Source: a virus
Lineage: Duplodnaviria; Caudoviricetes
IMG/VR virus record: IMGVR_UViG_3300037313_000669
Location: 1 to 37,287 of that record
Length of the DNA stretch: 37,287 nt
Direction: 5' to 3' (one strand)
Part shown: positions 25,601-33,757 of the stretch, in pieces
Numbering within the stretch: the stretch's first letter is position 1
How the letters are laid out: the number at the start of each line of letters is the position of its first letter
Program-made: the position numbers and the translations under genes
The notes under the pieces: generated by a model
Seen by the model: the letters and a program-made list of their open reading frames with translations, nothing else
What the model was told of the DNA's origin: nothing
The model's database searches: none

Positions 25601-26629
25601 CATGGCGATGCGCATCGGCGTCAGCAGCGACAGCACGGCGCGGAACGCGTTGCCCGCCCCACCGAAGGTGCCGGAAAGCTGCGAGCCCTGCTGCACGAAC
25701 GCGGTGAGCGGGTTCTGCCCCGAGATCACTTGCACCGCGAAGTCGTGCAGTTGGAAGCCCAGCTGCTGCGACTGGAAGGCGGTGAGGCCGGCTTGTTTGC
25801 CGAGCCCCGCCAAGGCGGCTTGGTGCGCCGCGCTCGCCTTCGCGGCGGCCTGCTGGTTGGCGACCAGACCGGCCTGCGCGGACAGCATTGCCGCATTGGC
25901 TGAGGCGGCGCGCGCCTGTGCCTGCGCGATCTGCTCCTGGGATGCTGCGGCGTTGCCGTTGACGGCGGCCAGTTGCTGCTGCGCCTGCGCGTTGCGAGCG
26001 ACGGCAGCGGTCAGGACTGCTTGAGACGACGCCACCCTCGCATCGGCCAGGGCCAAGGCTTGCTCGGCTTGGCGCAGCCTCTCGGTACCAGCAGCGGCCT
26101 TTTCGGCGGCGGCACCTAGGCTCGCCGTTGAAGCAGCGCCAGACGACGCAGCACCGGACGAAGAGCCGGGCGGCAGAGGCGGCGGCGAGGGTGGCAGCGG
26201 TGGGGGTGTGATCGTGGGCGGAGCCGGCGGGCGTCCACCGGCCCCACCAGCAGCCGTCGCGAGCGCCGCATTGGCCTTCTGGCCGGCTTGCGCTGCATCG
26301 TCGCCCATCTTGCGAAGGGAAGCGGCTGCGGCGTCGGCTTTGGCCTGCGTGGTCCCGAGATCACCAGCCACCTTCGCCAGTGCCGCAGCAGCTTTCGGCC
26401 CGAGCGCGGCCTGTGCTTCCTCAAGCGTCTTGAACGACAGAGCCGTTTTGGATGCGGCCTGACCGGATGCAGCTAGAGCTCGGCCCTGCGCATCCACCGC
26501 CGGCTTGAGCCTCGTGGCTGCTCCTTCCGCCCGCGTGCCCGCGGCGGCCATCTTGTCGAGGGCCACGGACGCAGTGTTGACCTGCGTGGAATCTACGGCA
26601 AGGGCGAGAGTGGTGACATCTACGGTCAT
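22607..26629 (-). CDS. tail tape measure protein
   Basis: 1340 aa Ala-rich helical protein; QLHDFAVQVISGQNPLTAFVQQGSQL; C-terminal FAAGG and GGPV..VNERGPE motifs. Confidence 0.93.
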   Translation of the reverse strand: MTVDVTTLALAVDSTQVNTASVALDKMAAAGTRAEGAATRLKPAVDAQGRALAASGQAASKTALSFKTLEEAQAALGPKAAAALAKVAGDLGTTQAKADAAAASLRKMGDDAAQAGQKANAALATAAGGAGGRPPAPPTITPPPLPPSPPPLPPGSSSGAASSGAASTASLGAAAEKAAAGTERLRQAEQALALADARVASSQAVLTAAVARNAQAQQQLAAVNGNAAASQEQIAQAQARAASANAAMLSAQAGLVANQQAAAKASAAHQAALAGLGKQAGLTAFQSQQLGFQLHDFAVQVISGQNPLTAFVQQGSQLSGTFGGAGNAFRAVLSLLTPMRIAMGAAAAGAIALGLAMADAESKARDLAAIQAQLAGTGRSDLFSTKELREFISQLAQVPGVSHDAATAIVSELSKSHEISAGLFKDLARIAADYAKATGQDIPSATKELARAFADPVQGAKTFEQTLNGPFRAAQINAINDAVRLGDTMGAQAVMFGVVEGRVQGAVARGFTPLGTAIDDLSKAWGRAQQGLSQSDGLRNMNALLAKTIEGIAWLIDNIPKIPKIPVVGPILSGGASAGLNLIPGAAAVSAAAKLAGAVSPTTEEQRTSGGKVTDQTAGAGGSVARASIATKTALDDEIKSVQKVTEGYKGQKEQIAELVDLRKRLTADIKKATEEKQPASVVDDLKGRLAGVNERITSIGKRGANGEGQQVLDAQLAGSIKAARDGLQNERDEISFQQRFLQGMYQAGQVSLVDFYEKKRQAIAQGTTAEIAELEKERAAVQAHLAKTTDPSKKQQDRERLGDIDREEERLRKNADRETQLANQEQAASFKQLTDQVLNYRANLLQLQGDEEGAAKLRAQIAINQARDLAAQTSKSGIAISPAELAANEKLIEQTNQIDAAKKRLSATDSMLAIDEERITFLQSTGAIGELEALSRLGAARATRLAELQKEVETLEDQAKQRPLDLQLKLDASRARLELEKLQASLDPLKDKFDGIFKDAGANLFSDLMNGTKPRDAIRNFANSLSRQINDVVGKQLSQQLFGNGGGLGGVGSFFADLFGGKNRGGQAAPAITNTAQEAFRLSEISAENASGAAGAASIASQAAATTAATAATTAQTAAMSAETAASSAATAALTALAAAAQSAAASLASMSASGGAGGLGSLFSGGSGFGTGSDFGNQDYGQFFAAGGFTGDVDPKKAAGIVHGKEFVFSAPAVRSIGRGTLEELHDKAQRGEQDALMSTIHYVAGARELGGPVSSDSLYRVNERGPELLSIAGRDYLMTGNQGGEVKSAPSGPSEPSQTFHMHMTFPPGTNRATATQMGAAAVRGGMDAARRNGKRV

Positions 26630-26960
26630 GTTTCGTCGTCCTTGTGGATTTCCTCAAGCGCGCCCTCTTCGAGCGGTCTGAGGTCGGGAAAGATGCACCG
26701 CCACTGCTCGGTGGTGATTCCGAGCGCTAGGCGCACTTCGCGATAGGCTTCGGGGCGAATGCCCGCAGCGCCGTTCGGGCCGAGGTTCCAGGCACCGGAG
26801 CCCAGCGCGGAGAAGAACCGCACCGCCGGCCAGCAGTCAGGCCACAGGCGAACGGTGTTCTGCTGCTCGTAGTCCTTCGGGCTCAAGCCCCAGAAGGCCA
26901 TCTCGCGCAGCTGCTTTTTCGTGAGAGGCTTCTTGTATAGCGCCGCACCCGCGCTCTTTA
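26626..26960 (-). CDS. tail assembly chaperone C-terminal extension (gpT/DUF1799-like), frameshift-expressed
   Basis: LWPDCWPAVRFF...W..G..GAAG...FPDLRPLEEGAL; lies in the -1 frame of the upstream chaperone. Confidence 0.8.
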
Positions 26961-27362
26961 GTTTTCCCGGCGTCTCTGCGTCAGGCCGTCGAACCAAGCC
27001 TCGCAAATCTTCTTGGCCGTGAGGTCGTGGTAGTTGGCAATCAGCTTGCCCATGGCATCGCGGCTGAACTCGGCGTCGACGTCTTCCCAGCCAACGACCA
27101 CTTCCATGATCTCGTCCAAGCCGGTCTTTTCCATCTTCGGTGCAGGCGGCAGCACCGAGCCCTCAGCGAGCGCGGCAATCGCCTCGGCGTGCTTGGCGAG
27201 CGCCTCTCGGTACTTCGCGTAGCGCTCGATCGCCGCCGTCCACCACGCGTCGTGCTCTTCGACGGTCATGTGCTTGAACAGCAGCTTCAGCGTCTGCTCG
27301 CCTTCGGGCGTCTTGAACTTCACATCCCACTTGAAGGTGGGATTCGGGTCGATTTTGATCAC
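26958..27362 (-). CDS. tail assembly chaperone (gpG-like)
   Basis: KIDPNPTFK...FKH...VVGWEDVDAEFS...RRREN; between tail tube and TMP. Confidence 0.88.
   Translation of the reverse strand: MIKIDPNPTFKWDVKFKTPEGEQTLKLLFKHMTVEEHDAWWTAAIERYAKYREALAKHAEAIAALAEGSVLPPAPKMEKTGLDEIMEVVVGWEDVDAEFSRDAMGKLIANYHDLTAKKICEAWFDGLTQRRREN
26961..26968 (-). other. programmed -1 frameshift slippery site GGGAAAAC
   Basis: CGG GAA AAC TAA; a -1 shift reads GGA AAA CTA AAG into the downstream ORF. Confidence 0.75.
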
Positions 27363-27380
27363 GGGTTCTCCTGCGGAGGA

Positions 27381-27419
27381 AAGAAAAGGGCCCGCAGGTT
27401 TGGAAACCTTGCGGGCCTT
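27381..27419 (-). terminator. intrinsic terminator-like hairpin after the tail tube gene
   Basis: AAGGCCCGCAAGGTTTCCAAACCTGCGGGCCC-TTTTCTT. Confidence 0.75.
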
Positions 27420-27447
27420 CTAGATGCCTCCCTGGTCAGGAGGCGGA

Positions 27448-28098
27448 TTACGACGAGTAGCGGGTCGTGCGGTTGATGATCGAGATCGTGACCTTCAGGC
27501 CCATGATCTCGTTCTTGGTCAGCGTGGGCGTGCGTTGCAGCGTCACGTAGGCCGAGAAGTAGATCGGCGAGCCAGAGGGCAGCAGCACGCGCATCACGCG
27601 TTGCAGGCGGTCGGTGTCGGCGGTGTCCAGCACCGAGTAGTGCGGCAGGGTCGCGTCGTCACCGATCGTGAACTTGAACACCGTCGGGGTCTTCACCGTC
27701 GGGATCTGGTGCTCTTCGCTGTCCTCGAGGAACGAGTAGGTGACGAACTGCTGCTCGCCTCCTTCCGTGGCGGTGTCCAGGATCTGCGTGATCTGCGTCC
27801 AGGCCGTGACCTCGCGGACCGTGCCAGTGCCCGTACCGGCCGGGAAGTTGGTCGTGCTCGAGGTGTTCAGACCTTCGACCGAGACGTCGTTGGTGGCCAC
27901 CGCCGAAGCGCGGTACACGTTGCCGTTGGCCTTCGACCAGCCCGAGGTGACTTCGAAGATGTCCGACACGACGATGCCGTGGGACGCTTCGAGGGTCATC
28001 ACGCCGGGGTTGGCGTTGGAGAACGCAGAGATTGCTTTGGTGGCGCCATAGGTCGATCCGATCGAGATCGTGGCGCCGTTCGGGAGAGAAACAGCCAT
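27448..28098 (-). CDS. major tail tube protein
   Basis: MAVSLPNG...SNANP...SGW...WTQITQI...GGEQQF...IPT.K. Confidence 0.92.
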   Translation of the reverse strand: MAVSLPNGATISIGSTYGATKAISAFSNANPGVMTLEASHGIVVSDIFEVTSGWSKANGNVYRASAVATNDVSVEGLNTSSTTNFPAGTGTGTVREVTAWTQITQILDTATEGGEQQFVTYSFLEDSEEHQIPTVKTPTVFKFTIGDDATLPHYSVLDTADTDRLQRVMRVLLPSGSPIYFSAYVTLQRTPTLTKNEIMGLKVTISIINRTTRYSS

Positions 28099-28237
28099 GG
28101 TGGGCCTCACAGAGAAAAGGCGCTCTTCGGAGCGCGTTTCGGGGTCTGCGAGGCATCAGGTGCGCGGGGGCTCTTGCGAGCGCGGCGCACCGCGAGGCAG
28201 GGACGTACGAATCAGCCGCCAGCGCGGCCGAGACGAT

Positions 28238-28333
28238 CTATTGCTGGGAGAGCCATTTCTCCCAGGCGGAAAGGATTCCCTTGCACAGCCGGATCAGGGC
28301 TTCGTGCAGGGCACGGGTGGATTGGGTCATCAT
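28238..28333 (-). CDS. 31-aa small protein (below ORF-track cutoff)
   Basis: MMTQSTRALHEALIRLCKGILSAWEKWLSQQ*; ATGA-coupled to the tail terminator gene; amphipathic helix. Confidence 0.6.
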   Translation of the reverse strand: MMTQSTRALHEALIRLCKGILSAWEKWLSQQ

Positions 28334-28734
28334 GCGAAGGCCCTGTACTGCGCCGAGGCCGGCACGACGAATCGGTCCGGATGCGGCAGCGGCGGTGCAG
28401 CGCTGAATGGCGAGGTGAGCCAGATGCGCAGTCCGTCGGCGGTGATGGTGATCGCGAACGCGGCGTCAAGCGAGTCGATCAGCGCGCGCACGGTGCCTGC
28501 TCCGGTGCCCTGCGGCATATAGAACTGCACTTGGAAGATGCCCTGGCGAGCGCGGCCCGAGCCGTCGAAGAAAAGCCGCTGCGCGTCGTTCGGGACGAGG
28601 TGCGCGTAGACGTAGCGGCCCGCTGGCGGGGTGAATTGCACGTTCTCCCACGCGACCGGAATCGCGGGCGTCTGCGCGTCGGCCCACGCCTTCAGCGTCG
28701 TTTCGAAGGCTTGCGCGATCAGGGCGTCGGACAT
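28330..28734 (-). CDS. tail terminator protein (DUF4128-like)
   Basis: PVAWENV.F.PP...QGIFQV...P.G.G...PASAQYRA; position before the tail tube gene. Confidence 0.85.
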   Translation of the reverse strand: MSDALIAQAFETTLKAWADAQTPAIPVAWENVQFTPPAGRYVYAHLVPNDAQRLFFDGSGRARQGIFQVQFYMPQGTGAGTVRALIDSLDAAFAITITADGLRIWLTSPFSAAPPLPHPDRFVVPASAQYRAFA

Positions 28735-28737
28735 GGA

Positions 28738-29406
28738 TCAGCGGCGCTTCTTGTTCTTGCGCGCGGGTGCTGGCGCGGGAGTCGATGCGGGCGCGGGTTT
28801 GGGCTCGGCCACAAACACACCGGAGAAGCCGGTATCGATCGGAGCAGCGGCCGTGGGCTCCTGCTGCGCAGCATCGAGCAGAAAGCCGACCGAGCCGTTG
28901 AGCACCGAGCCGTCTTTCAGCACCACGCAGCGGCGGAAGTCGTCGGCGATGGCCCAGTCGTCGACGTGCTGGTCATTCACCGTCACGCCGAGCACGCGCG
29001 GGTTGTATTCGGGGCTGGTGGGATCGCTGGAAACGCGCATGCATTTGCTCCGTTGTGCTCTGGCCTCGGCCTCGATCAGCTCCATCGCCGCGCGATACCA
29101 GCCGACCTCGTTCATGCGTGCCTGCAGCGTAGCGTCCCGCTTTGCGTACTCGCGGAACCTTTCCTCGTGCTGGCGCTGGAATTCCGCTTCTCGTTCGCGC
29201 TCTTCCCGCTCGCGCCGCAGGCGTGCCGCTTCTTGTTCCTCCGGCGTACCGAGGGTGTTGTCATAGATGGAAGCGAGCGGCAGGCTGCCGTCCGCATCGC
29301 TCACCATGACTTCAGCTTCGTCGTAGCCGATGGCGCCGAGCGTTACCCCGTGCTCTACGCACAGCGCCGCCAGCGCAGCCTTGAACGCTCCGAACTTCGC
29401 GGTCAT
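28738..29406 (-). CDS. hypothetical protein
   Basis: 222 aa coupled ORF with charged coiled coil and SSDPTSPEYNP..V...ADD segment. Confidence 0.7.
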   Translation of the reverse strand: MTAKFGAFKAALAALCVEHGVTLGAIGYDEAEVMVSDADGSLPLASIYDNTLGTPEEQEAARLRREREEREREAEFQRQHEERFREYAKRDATLQARMNEVGWYRAAMELIEAEARAQRSKCMRVSSDPTSPEYNPRVLGVTVNDQHVDDWAIADDFRRCVVLKDGSVLNGSVGFLLDAAQQEPTAAAPIDTGFSGVFVAEPKPAPASTPAPAPARKNKKRR

Positions 29407-29831
29407 TCGCTCACCACCCGGCGCACGTACGCCTCGTATTCCTGCGCGGACAACCGCACCATGCCCTGCGGTGCCTGTTTCGAGAAGCCGTTCACCGTCT
29501 TCCCTGTGGGCTTCTTCGGCGGGTTCGGGTACTCGCCGTATTCAAGCGTGCGGGCGTACGGCAGTGAGTTCGCGAGGTAAACGACGCCGCCGGCTGGCAT
29601 GGCCCCTGCCCTCGCCGCTTCGGCCGCGCCGCGCGCCTGATCGGTACTATCGGTCGTCGTCGTGTCAAGCGCGCCTTGGCTGGCATTCCAGTTCGCGCGG
29701 GCGCGGCCGGTGTCCACTGGCGTGCGCTTCACTACGGCCGCGAACACCTGCTGCGTGGACTTCTGCACCGTCGTTTGCAGGTCGGCCTTCACCTTCTCGG
29801 CGAGCTTGGCGATGGGGATGGAGAAGCTCAT
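29403..29831 (-). CDS. neck/tail-completion protein (HK97 gp10-like)
   Basis: TPVDTGRARANW...NSLPYA..LEYG...SKQAPQGMVR. Confidence 0.9.
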   Translation of the reverse strand: MSFSIPIAKLAEKVKADLQTTVQKSTQQVFAAVVKRTPVDTGRARANWNASQGALDTTTTDSTDQARGAAEAARAGAMPAGGVVYLANSLPYARTLEYGEYPNPPKKPTGKTVNGFSKQAPQGMVRLSAQEYEAYVRRVVSE

Positions 29832-30100
29832 TTCGCGGCTTTCTCGCAGGCGTTGAGCTTTTGCTGCACTTCCCAGACTGCGAGAGCCTTGGAGCCTTCG
29901 GCGGCGTCCTTGATGTCCTCGATCGCCTCTTCGGCCTTGTACTTGGCCTGGATGGCGGCGCGCAGGTCGGATTCGGCTTTTGACACCTTGCCCGCGAGCG
30001 ATGCAGCCGCGTCCCTGCTCTGCGCGTACAGCGTGCCCACGATGCCGAGGCCCACGGCCAGCACGACCGGCAGCAAGTGACGGGTGAACCATTCCTTCAT
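29828..30100 (-). CDS. membrane-anchored coiled-coil hypothetical protein
   Basis: N-terminal hydrophobic helix; coupled to next gene. Confidence 0.65.
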   Translation of the reverse strand: MKEWFTRHLLPVVLAVGLGIVGTLYAQSRDAAASLAGKVSKAESDLRAAIQAKYKAEEAIEDIKDAAEGSKALAVWEVQQKLNACEKAAK

Positions 30101-30108
30101 GGCGGGCC

Positions 30109-30393
30109 TCAGTTCGGCAGCAGGATGCGCGGGACGTTCAATCCGTTCGGAGCGACTGCCGAGACGTTGCAGGCAGGCTGGCCGCCGACGCAGGCGAGCT
30201 CCACCTGTCCGCCTTCGAGCAGCATGGCGAGTTCATGGGGATCGGGCTTCCAGCGCGTGAGGAACACCTTGACGCCCTGGTGCTCGCCCTGCATCGCATA
30301 CAGGCCTGGCAGGCGCAGCGCTCCGCCCTTGTCATCCCAGTCCTTGGGCGGGTGGCAGAACGTGTTCTGCTTGGGGTGCTTTTCGGGGGTCAC
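30109..30393 (-). CDS. hypothetical phage protein
   Basis: PPKDWD...TRWKPDPHELAML..GG.V.L...GGQP. Confidence 0.7.
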   Translation of the reverse strand: MTPEKHPKQNTFCHPPKDWDDKGGALRLPGLYAMQGEHQGVKVFLTRWKPDPHELAMLLEGGQVELACVGGQPACNVSAVAPNGLNVPRILLPN

Positions 30394-30674
30394 TTCTTAC
30401 CCTTCGGACGGCACTTGCGCGGCTTCTCGTAGCCCATGACGACAAGCTGCCAGTGCTCGTAGTCGGATGGCTTCAATCCAATTGCCGCCATGTCTCGTTC
30501 CAGCCGGAAGCGCCGTTCGGCCAGCGTTTCAGGGTTCGCGAGAGATGCTCTAAGAAGCGCCTCGATCCGCTCCAGCGTCCGAAGGACTCTGGCGAGATCC
30601 ATGTCCCGCGAACTGCCTATGTCGCGAGGCGGGCCACTGTGGAAGTTGACGACGTTGTTGAATCGATTGGTCAT
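30390..30674 (-). CDS. hypothetical protein
   Basis: ATGA/GTGA-coupled ORF MTNRFNNVV... Confidence 0.55.
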   Translation of the reverse strand: MTNRFNNVVNFHSGPPRDIGSSRDMDLARVLRTLERIEALLRASLANPETLAERRFRLERDMAAIGLKPSDYEHWQLVVMGYEKPRKCRPKGKK

Positions 30675-31036
30675 GTGCGGACTTGGAGCTCGTAAAGGAC
30701 GTTGGTGCCGGCCGGGCCGAGAACCTTGACGCTGATGGCGGTGTAGCTCTTTCCGCCCCACGAAAGGACGGAGCCGGGCTTGGGCTCAGTGATCCCCTGC
30801 GCGCTGACGTACGCCTGCTCATCGCCTGTGAGGATCAGCGTGCCGTCGACGAACTTGTCCGCGTACGGGAAGACGGCGGCCGTCACGGTGTCGACCGTTG
30901 CTGCGGCAGGCGTTGCCGTGCCTGTGGCCGGATCGTAGGCTGGTGCCGTGTCGCTGGGCGTGGTCAGCGTCGTCGTGGCGCCGTACTTCGCCAGCATCCT
31001 CTGCACGGTGGCGATGGCGCGGGTGTAGAGGGTCAT
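30671..31036 (-). CDS. head closure / head-tail joining protein
   Basis: RMLAKYG...YDPATG...DGTLI..GD...P..G...LYELQVR. Confidence 0.85.
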   Translation of the reverse strand: MTLYTRAIATVQRMLAKYGATTTLTTPSDTAPAYDPATGTATPAAATVDTVTAAVFPYADKFVDGTLILTGDEQAYVSAQGITEPKPGSVLSWGGKSYTAISVKVLGPAGTNVLYELQVRT

Positions 31037-31404
31037 TGCGACAGCCTTGTCTTCGAGTAGGCCGCGATCAGCTCGCTGGATATTCGCTGAATCGCGTAAG
31101 CCTCTGTCTCGCGCGACGGATTGCTGTCGCCGACGTGCTGGCACATCTCCTGCCAAACGTGGACGGCCTCGTGCACGAGCAGGCAGACGATGCCAAGCGG
31201 ATCCTTGCCGTCCAGGCGGTCAGCAAGAGTCACGTAGACGCGCAGCTTGCCGTCATTCTCGAAGGCCATGGTCCGAGCATCCGATGCGGGATAGTCGTCC
31301 GAAGCGTTCAGTCGGCGCATCTCCGCGCGCCACGCTCTTTCGTTTGGGACAAAGGCGTATGGGACCGGATACCAGCCCTGCCGACACCACACCACCTTGC
31401 TCAT
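31033..31404 (-). CDS. HEXXH-containing hypothetical protein
   Basis: LLVHEAVHVWQ...ETEAY zincin-like motif; ATGA-coupled. Confidence 0.7.
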   Translation of the reverse strand: MSKVVWCRQGWYPVPYAFVPNERAWRAEMRRLNASDDYPASDARTMAFENDGKLRVYVTLADRLDGKDPLGIVCLLVHEAVHVWQEMCQHVGDSNPSRETEAYAIQRISSELIAAYSKTRLSQ

Positions 31405-31718
31405 ACCATTGACTTGAAGACACCGCGCAGGAACCGCTGCAGGCCGACCTCGTCGCGCTCGCGGTACAGGAACAGCGCCTCGTTCACCCAGCCCTCGATG
31501 TTGTGGGCCGGTACGTGATCGCCGCTCTTGGTGGCCGGAATGCGCGAGATCATTTCCACGCGAGACTTGCAGATGCACGCTGCAATGGAGCGGTGGCACA
31601 CCTGGCACACACCAGCCGCTGTCTTCGGGATGACGATGTGCGGCTTGTCGCAGTCGCAGCCCACCAGATGGCAATGAGGACAGGTCAGCTCCTCTTCGCT
31701 GACAAGATCGCGGCTCAT
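31401..31718 (-). CDS. Cys-rich hypothetical protein
   Basis: CPHC..GCDC and CQVC..ACIC; ATGA-coupled. Confidence 0.6.
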   Translation of the reverse strand: MSRDLVSEEELTCPHCHLVGCDCDKPHIVIPKTAAGVCQVCHRSIAACICKSRVEMISRIPATKSGDHVPAHNIEGWVNEALFLYRERDEVGLQRFLRGVFKSMV

Positions 31719-32242
31719 GCCCGTCTCACCGGAATGGATCCGCTGGAGCCCTCCAGCAAGGGCGACAGCATGGCTTCGATCTGCGGATAGGCTTTGGTCT
31801 GGCGCGCGCCCTGAGCGTAGCGCGTGGTAATCGGACCTACCGTCTCTTCTATCACAGGCGGCTCCAGGTCGCCCAGCAGGTCGCCGTCGATCGCGCGCAA
31901 GGCGAGTTCGGCGCAGGCGCGAGCGACCAGTGCAGGAACCGAGTCGGATGGGTAAAACGGCGCGTAGCCGTACATCCCGCCGACGGCGTCCTTGATTGGC
32001 ACCGCATACCGAGGCCAATCAAGGGCCTGATCCATCGAAACGCGAAAGCCTGCCCATCTCTCACGGTAGGCGCTGACCATGTAGTCGGTCGCCTTCCTGA
32101 GCATCTGCTCGCGGATGGTGTCGCTGGCAAGGCCCGCCCACCCCGCATTACCGCGCGCGGTGTGATAGGTGGATGCGTCAGCAACGCTGATGTAGCTCTC
32201 GGCGTCGGCCTTGGCGGTGCCGTCTTCGACTTCAATGGCCAT
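31715..32242 (-). CDS. head-tail adaptor (DnaT-like/gp15-like)
   Basis: VEDGT...AESY.SVA.A..YH..RG...QALDWPR...ACAELAL...VGPI...Y. Confidence 0.85.
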   Translation of the reverse strand: MAIEVEDGTAKADAESYISVADASTYHTARGNAGWAGLASDTIREQMLRKATDYMVSAYRERWAGFRVSMDQALDWPRYAVPIKDAVGGMYGYAPFYPSDSVPALVARACAELALRAIDGDLLGDLEPPVIEETVGPITTRYAQGARQTKAYPQIEAMLSPLLEGSSGSIPVRRA

Positions 32243-32303
32243 GCGTACCTCCGCGCAGCGTGCTCTGCAAAGCGCCCGACGGGCGCTTCACGCAGCAGCA
32301 GGC

Positions 32304-32468
32304 TCAGATGACCGGCCTCCAGCCAGCCTTTTTATGGGCCTCGACGCACGAGGGGTGAACTTCGATCACCTCACCATCCTTGACCATCGGAACAAGGCCG
32401 TTGTCGACCCGCTTCTCTGGAACTTGGACTTCGGTGGCGGTGTTCGGCGTACTCTTGACTCGCGGCAT
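32304..32468 (-). CDS. small capsid-adjacent protein
   Basis: AAGGA RBS; LVPMVKDG...EVHP..V..HKKAGW. Confidence 0.7.
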   Translation of the reverse strand: MPRVKSTPNTATEVQVPEKRVDNGLVPMVKDGEVIEVHPSCVEAHKKAGWRPVI

Positions 32469-32526
32469 CGTGGTTTCCTTCGTGCGTTCAAGGAGCCGGG
32501 AGCACAAAGCCCCCGGCCACCCTTCA

Positions 32527-33690
32527 TCAGCCCATCAGGGTCGCGATGTGCGCGTCCTTGACGGCCTGTGCGCCCCACGCCAGACGAACGTGGTAAACCA
32601 ACTGCATGAACTGGCGATACACGGCGATCTCGAACGCGATGCCCGAAACCGGATCGACCACCGTGAGGATGTCGTCGGCCATGTCCATCGCCCTGCCATC
32701 CGGCCCGATGGGCATCTGCGGCACGCGCGTGATGAGCTGAACCGCCGACTTGGAGAACGCCATGTTAGGCGTGTAGCTGTTGCCGATGGTCATCGCGTTG
32801 GCCGTGGCAATCGTCACCAGCGCACCCGGGTTGTTCAGGCTGATCGTGCCGGGTGCCGACACACCCGTACCCACAACGTACTTGTTGTTGCTGTCAGCCG
32901 CGAACGTCACCACGTCACCAGCCAGCACCGTGCCCGTACCCGTCACCAGGGCGATATCGGTCACGCCTGCGGCCGTGGAGCCAGACGTGACGTAGCTCGC
33001 ACCCGTGCCCTTGGTCACTTGGGCGACGGAGTTGGAGTTGTGCACGTCGAAGCCTTCCAGCCGGCCAAGCACGCCATCGCGCAGGAGGCTGTCCGTGCCG
33101 GCCTCGTTCACCTTGAACAGAACCGACTGCTTGCCGCGCAGGTTCTGCATGGCGGCCGAGCCGACCACCAGTTGCAGATCGCTTTGCGGGGAACCGTTGT
33201 CGTCCAGGATGCGACGCACGCCAGCGATGTCGCTCAGATCGCCCGCGGTCCCGAAGGGAGCGGTGCCGGCGGCACCATAGGCGCGGGATGCGTTCTGGTA
33301 GGTCGTGGCGAAGAGGTCAGCCTCGATCAGGTTCGTCAGCGTGCGGAACGCCTGCACGAACTGGCCGCGCAGGATGCCAGCGTAGGAGCCTGCATTGATC
33401 AGGCCTTTCTGCTCTTCCCCGTTCCAGCGGATCGGAACGTGCTTGGACTTGTTGATGGTCATCGACACGTTCGTGATCGTCTGGTCGCCCGTGTTGGGCG
33501 CCGTCACAGCGGCCGTGTTGTCGGCAGCAGTGGAAGCCGGGGTGACCGGAACCAGGATCGACTGGTTCAGCGCGGCGCGTTCAGCGCTGGAGTTGCGCGT
33601 GACGGCGGGGATGAAGCCAACCATCTCGCGCGAGACGACATCGAGCGCCTCGTAGATGGTGGGGATAAGAGAGGTCAGAGTATTGGCCAT
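32527..33690 (-). CDS. major capsid protein (P22 coat-like family)
   Basis: MANTLTSLIP.IY.ALDVVSRE.VGFIP...; position after the scaffold gene. Confidence 0.92.
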   Translation of the reverse strand: MANTLTSLIPTIYEALDVVSREMVGFIPAVTRNSSAERAALNQSILVPVTPASTAADNTAAVTAPNTGDQTITNVSMTINKSKHVPIRWNGEEQKGLINAGSYAGILRGQFVQAFRTLTNLIEADLFATTYQNASRAYGAAGTAPFGTAGDLSDIAGVRRILDDNGSPQSDLQLVVGSAAMQNLRGKQSVLFKVNEAGTDSLLRDGVLGRLEGFDVHNSNSVAQVTKGTGASYVTSGSTAAGVTDIALVTGTGTVLAGDVVTFAADSNNKYVVGTGVSAPGTISLNNPGALVTIATANAMTIGNSYTPNMAFSKSAVQLITRVPQMPIGPDGRAMDMADDILTVVDPVSGIAFEIAVYRQFMQLVYHVRLAWGAQAVKDAHIATLMG

Positions 33691-33700
33691 GGGGGTCTTT

Positions 33701-33733
33701 CGGGAAAAGAAAAAGCCCGCTCATGGCGGGCCG
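33701..33733 (-). terminator. terminator-like hairpin between scaffold and capsid genes
   Basis: GCCCGC-CATGA-GCGGGC-TTTTTCTTTT. Confidence 0.65.
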
Positions 33734-33757
33734 TGGATTGAGGAGACGTGCGCAGGA

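Noticed and set aside
27424-29580. 718-aa + strand ORF
   Set aside because: Antisense to the tail tube, tail terminator and neck genes; typical high-GC shadow frame
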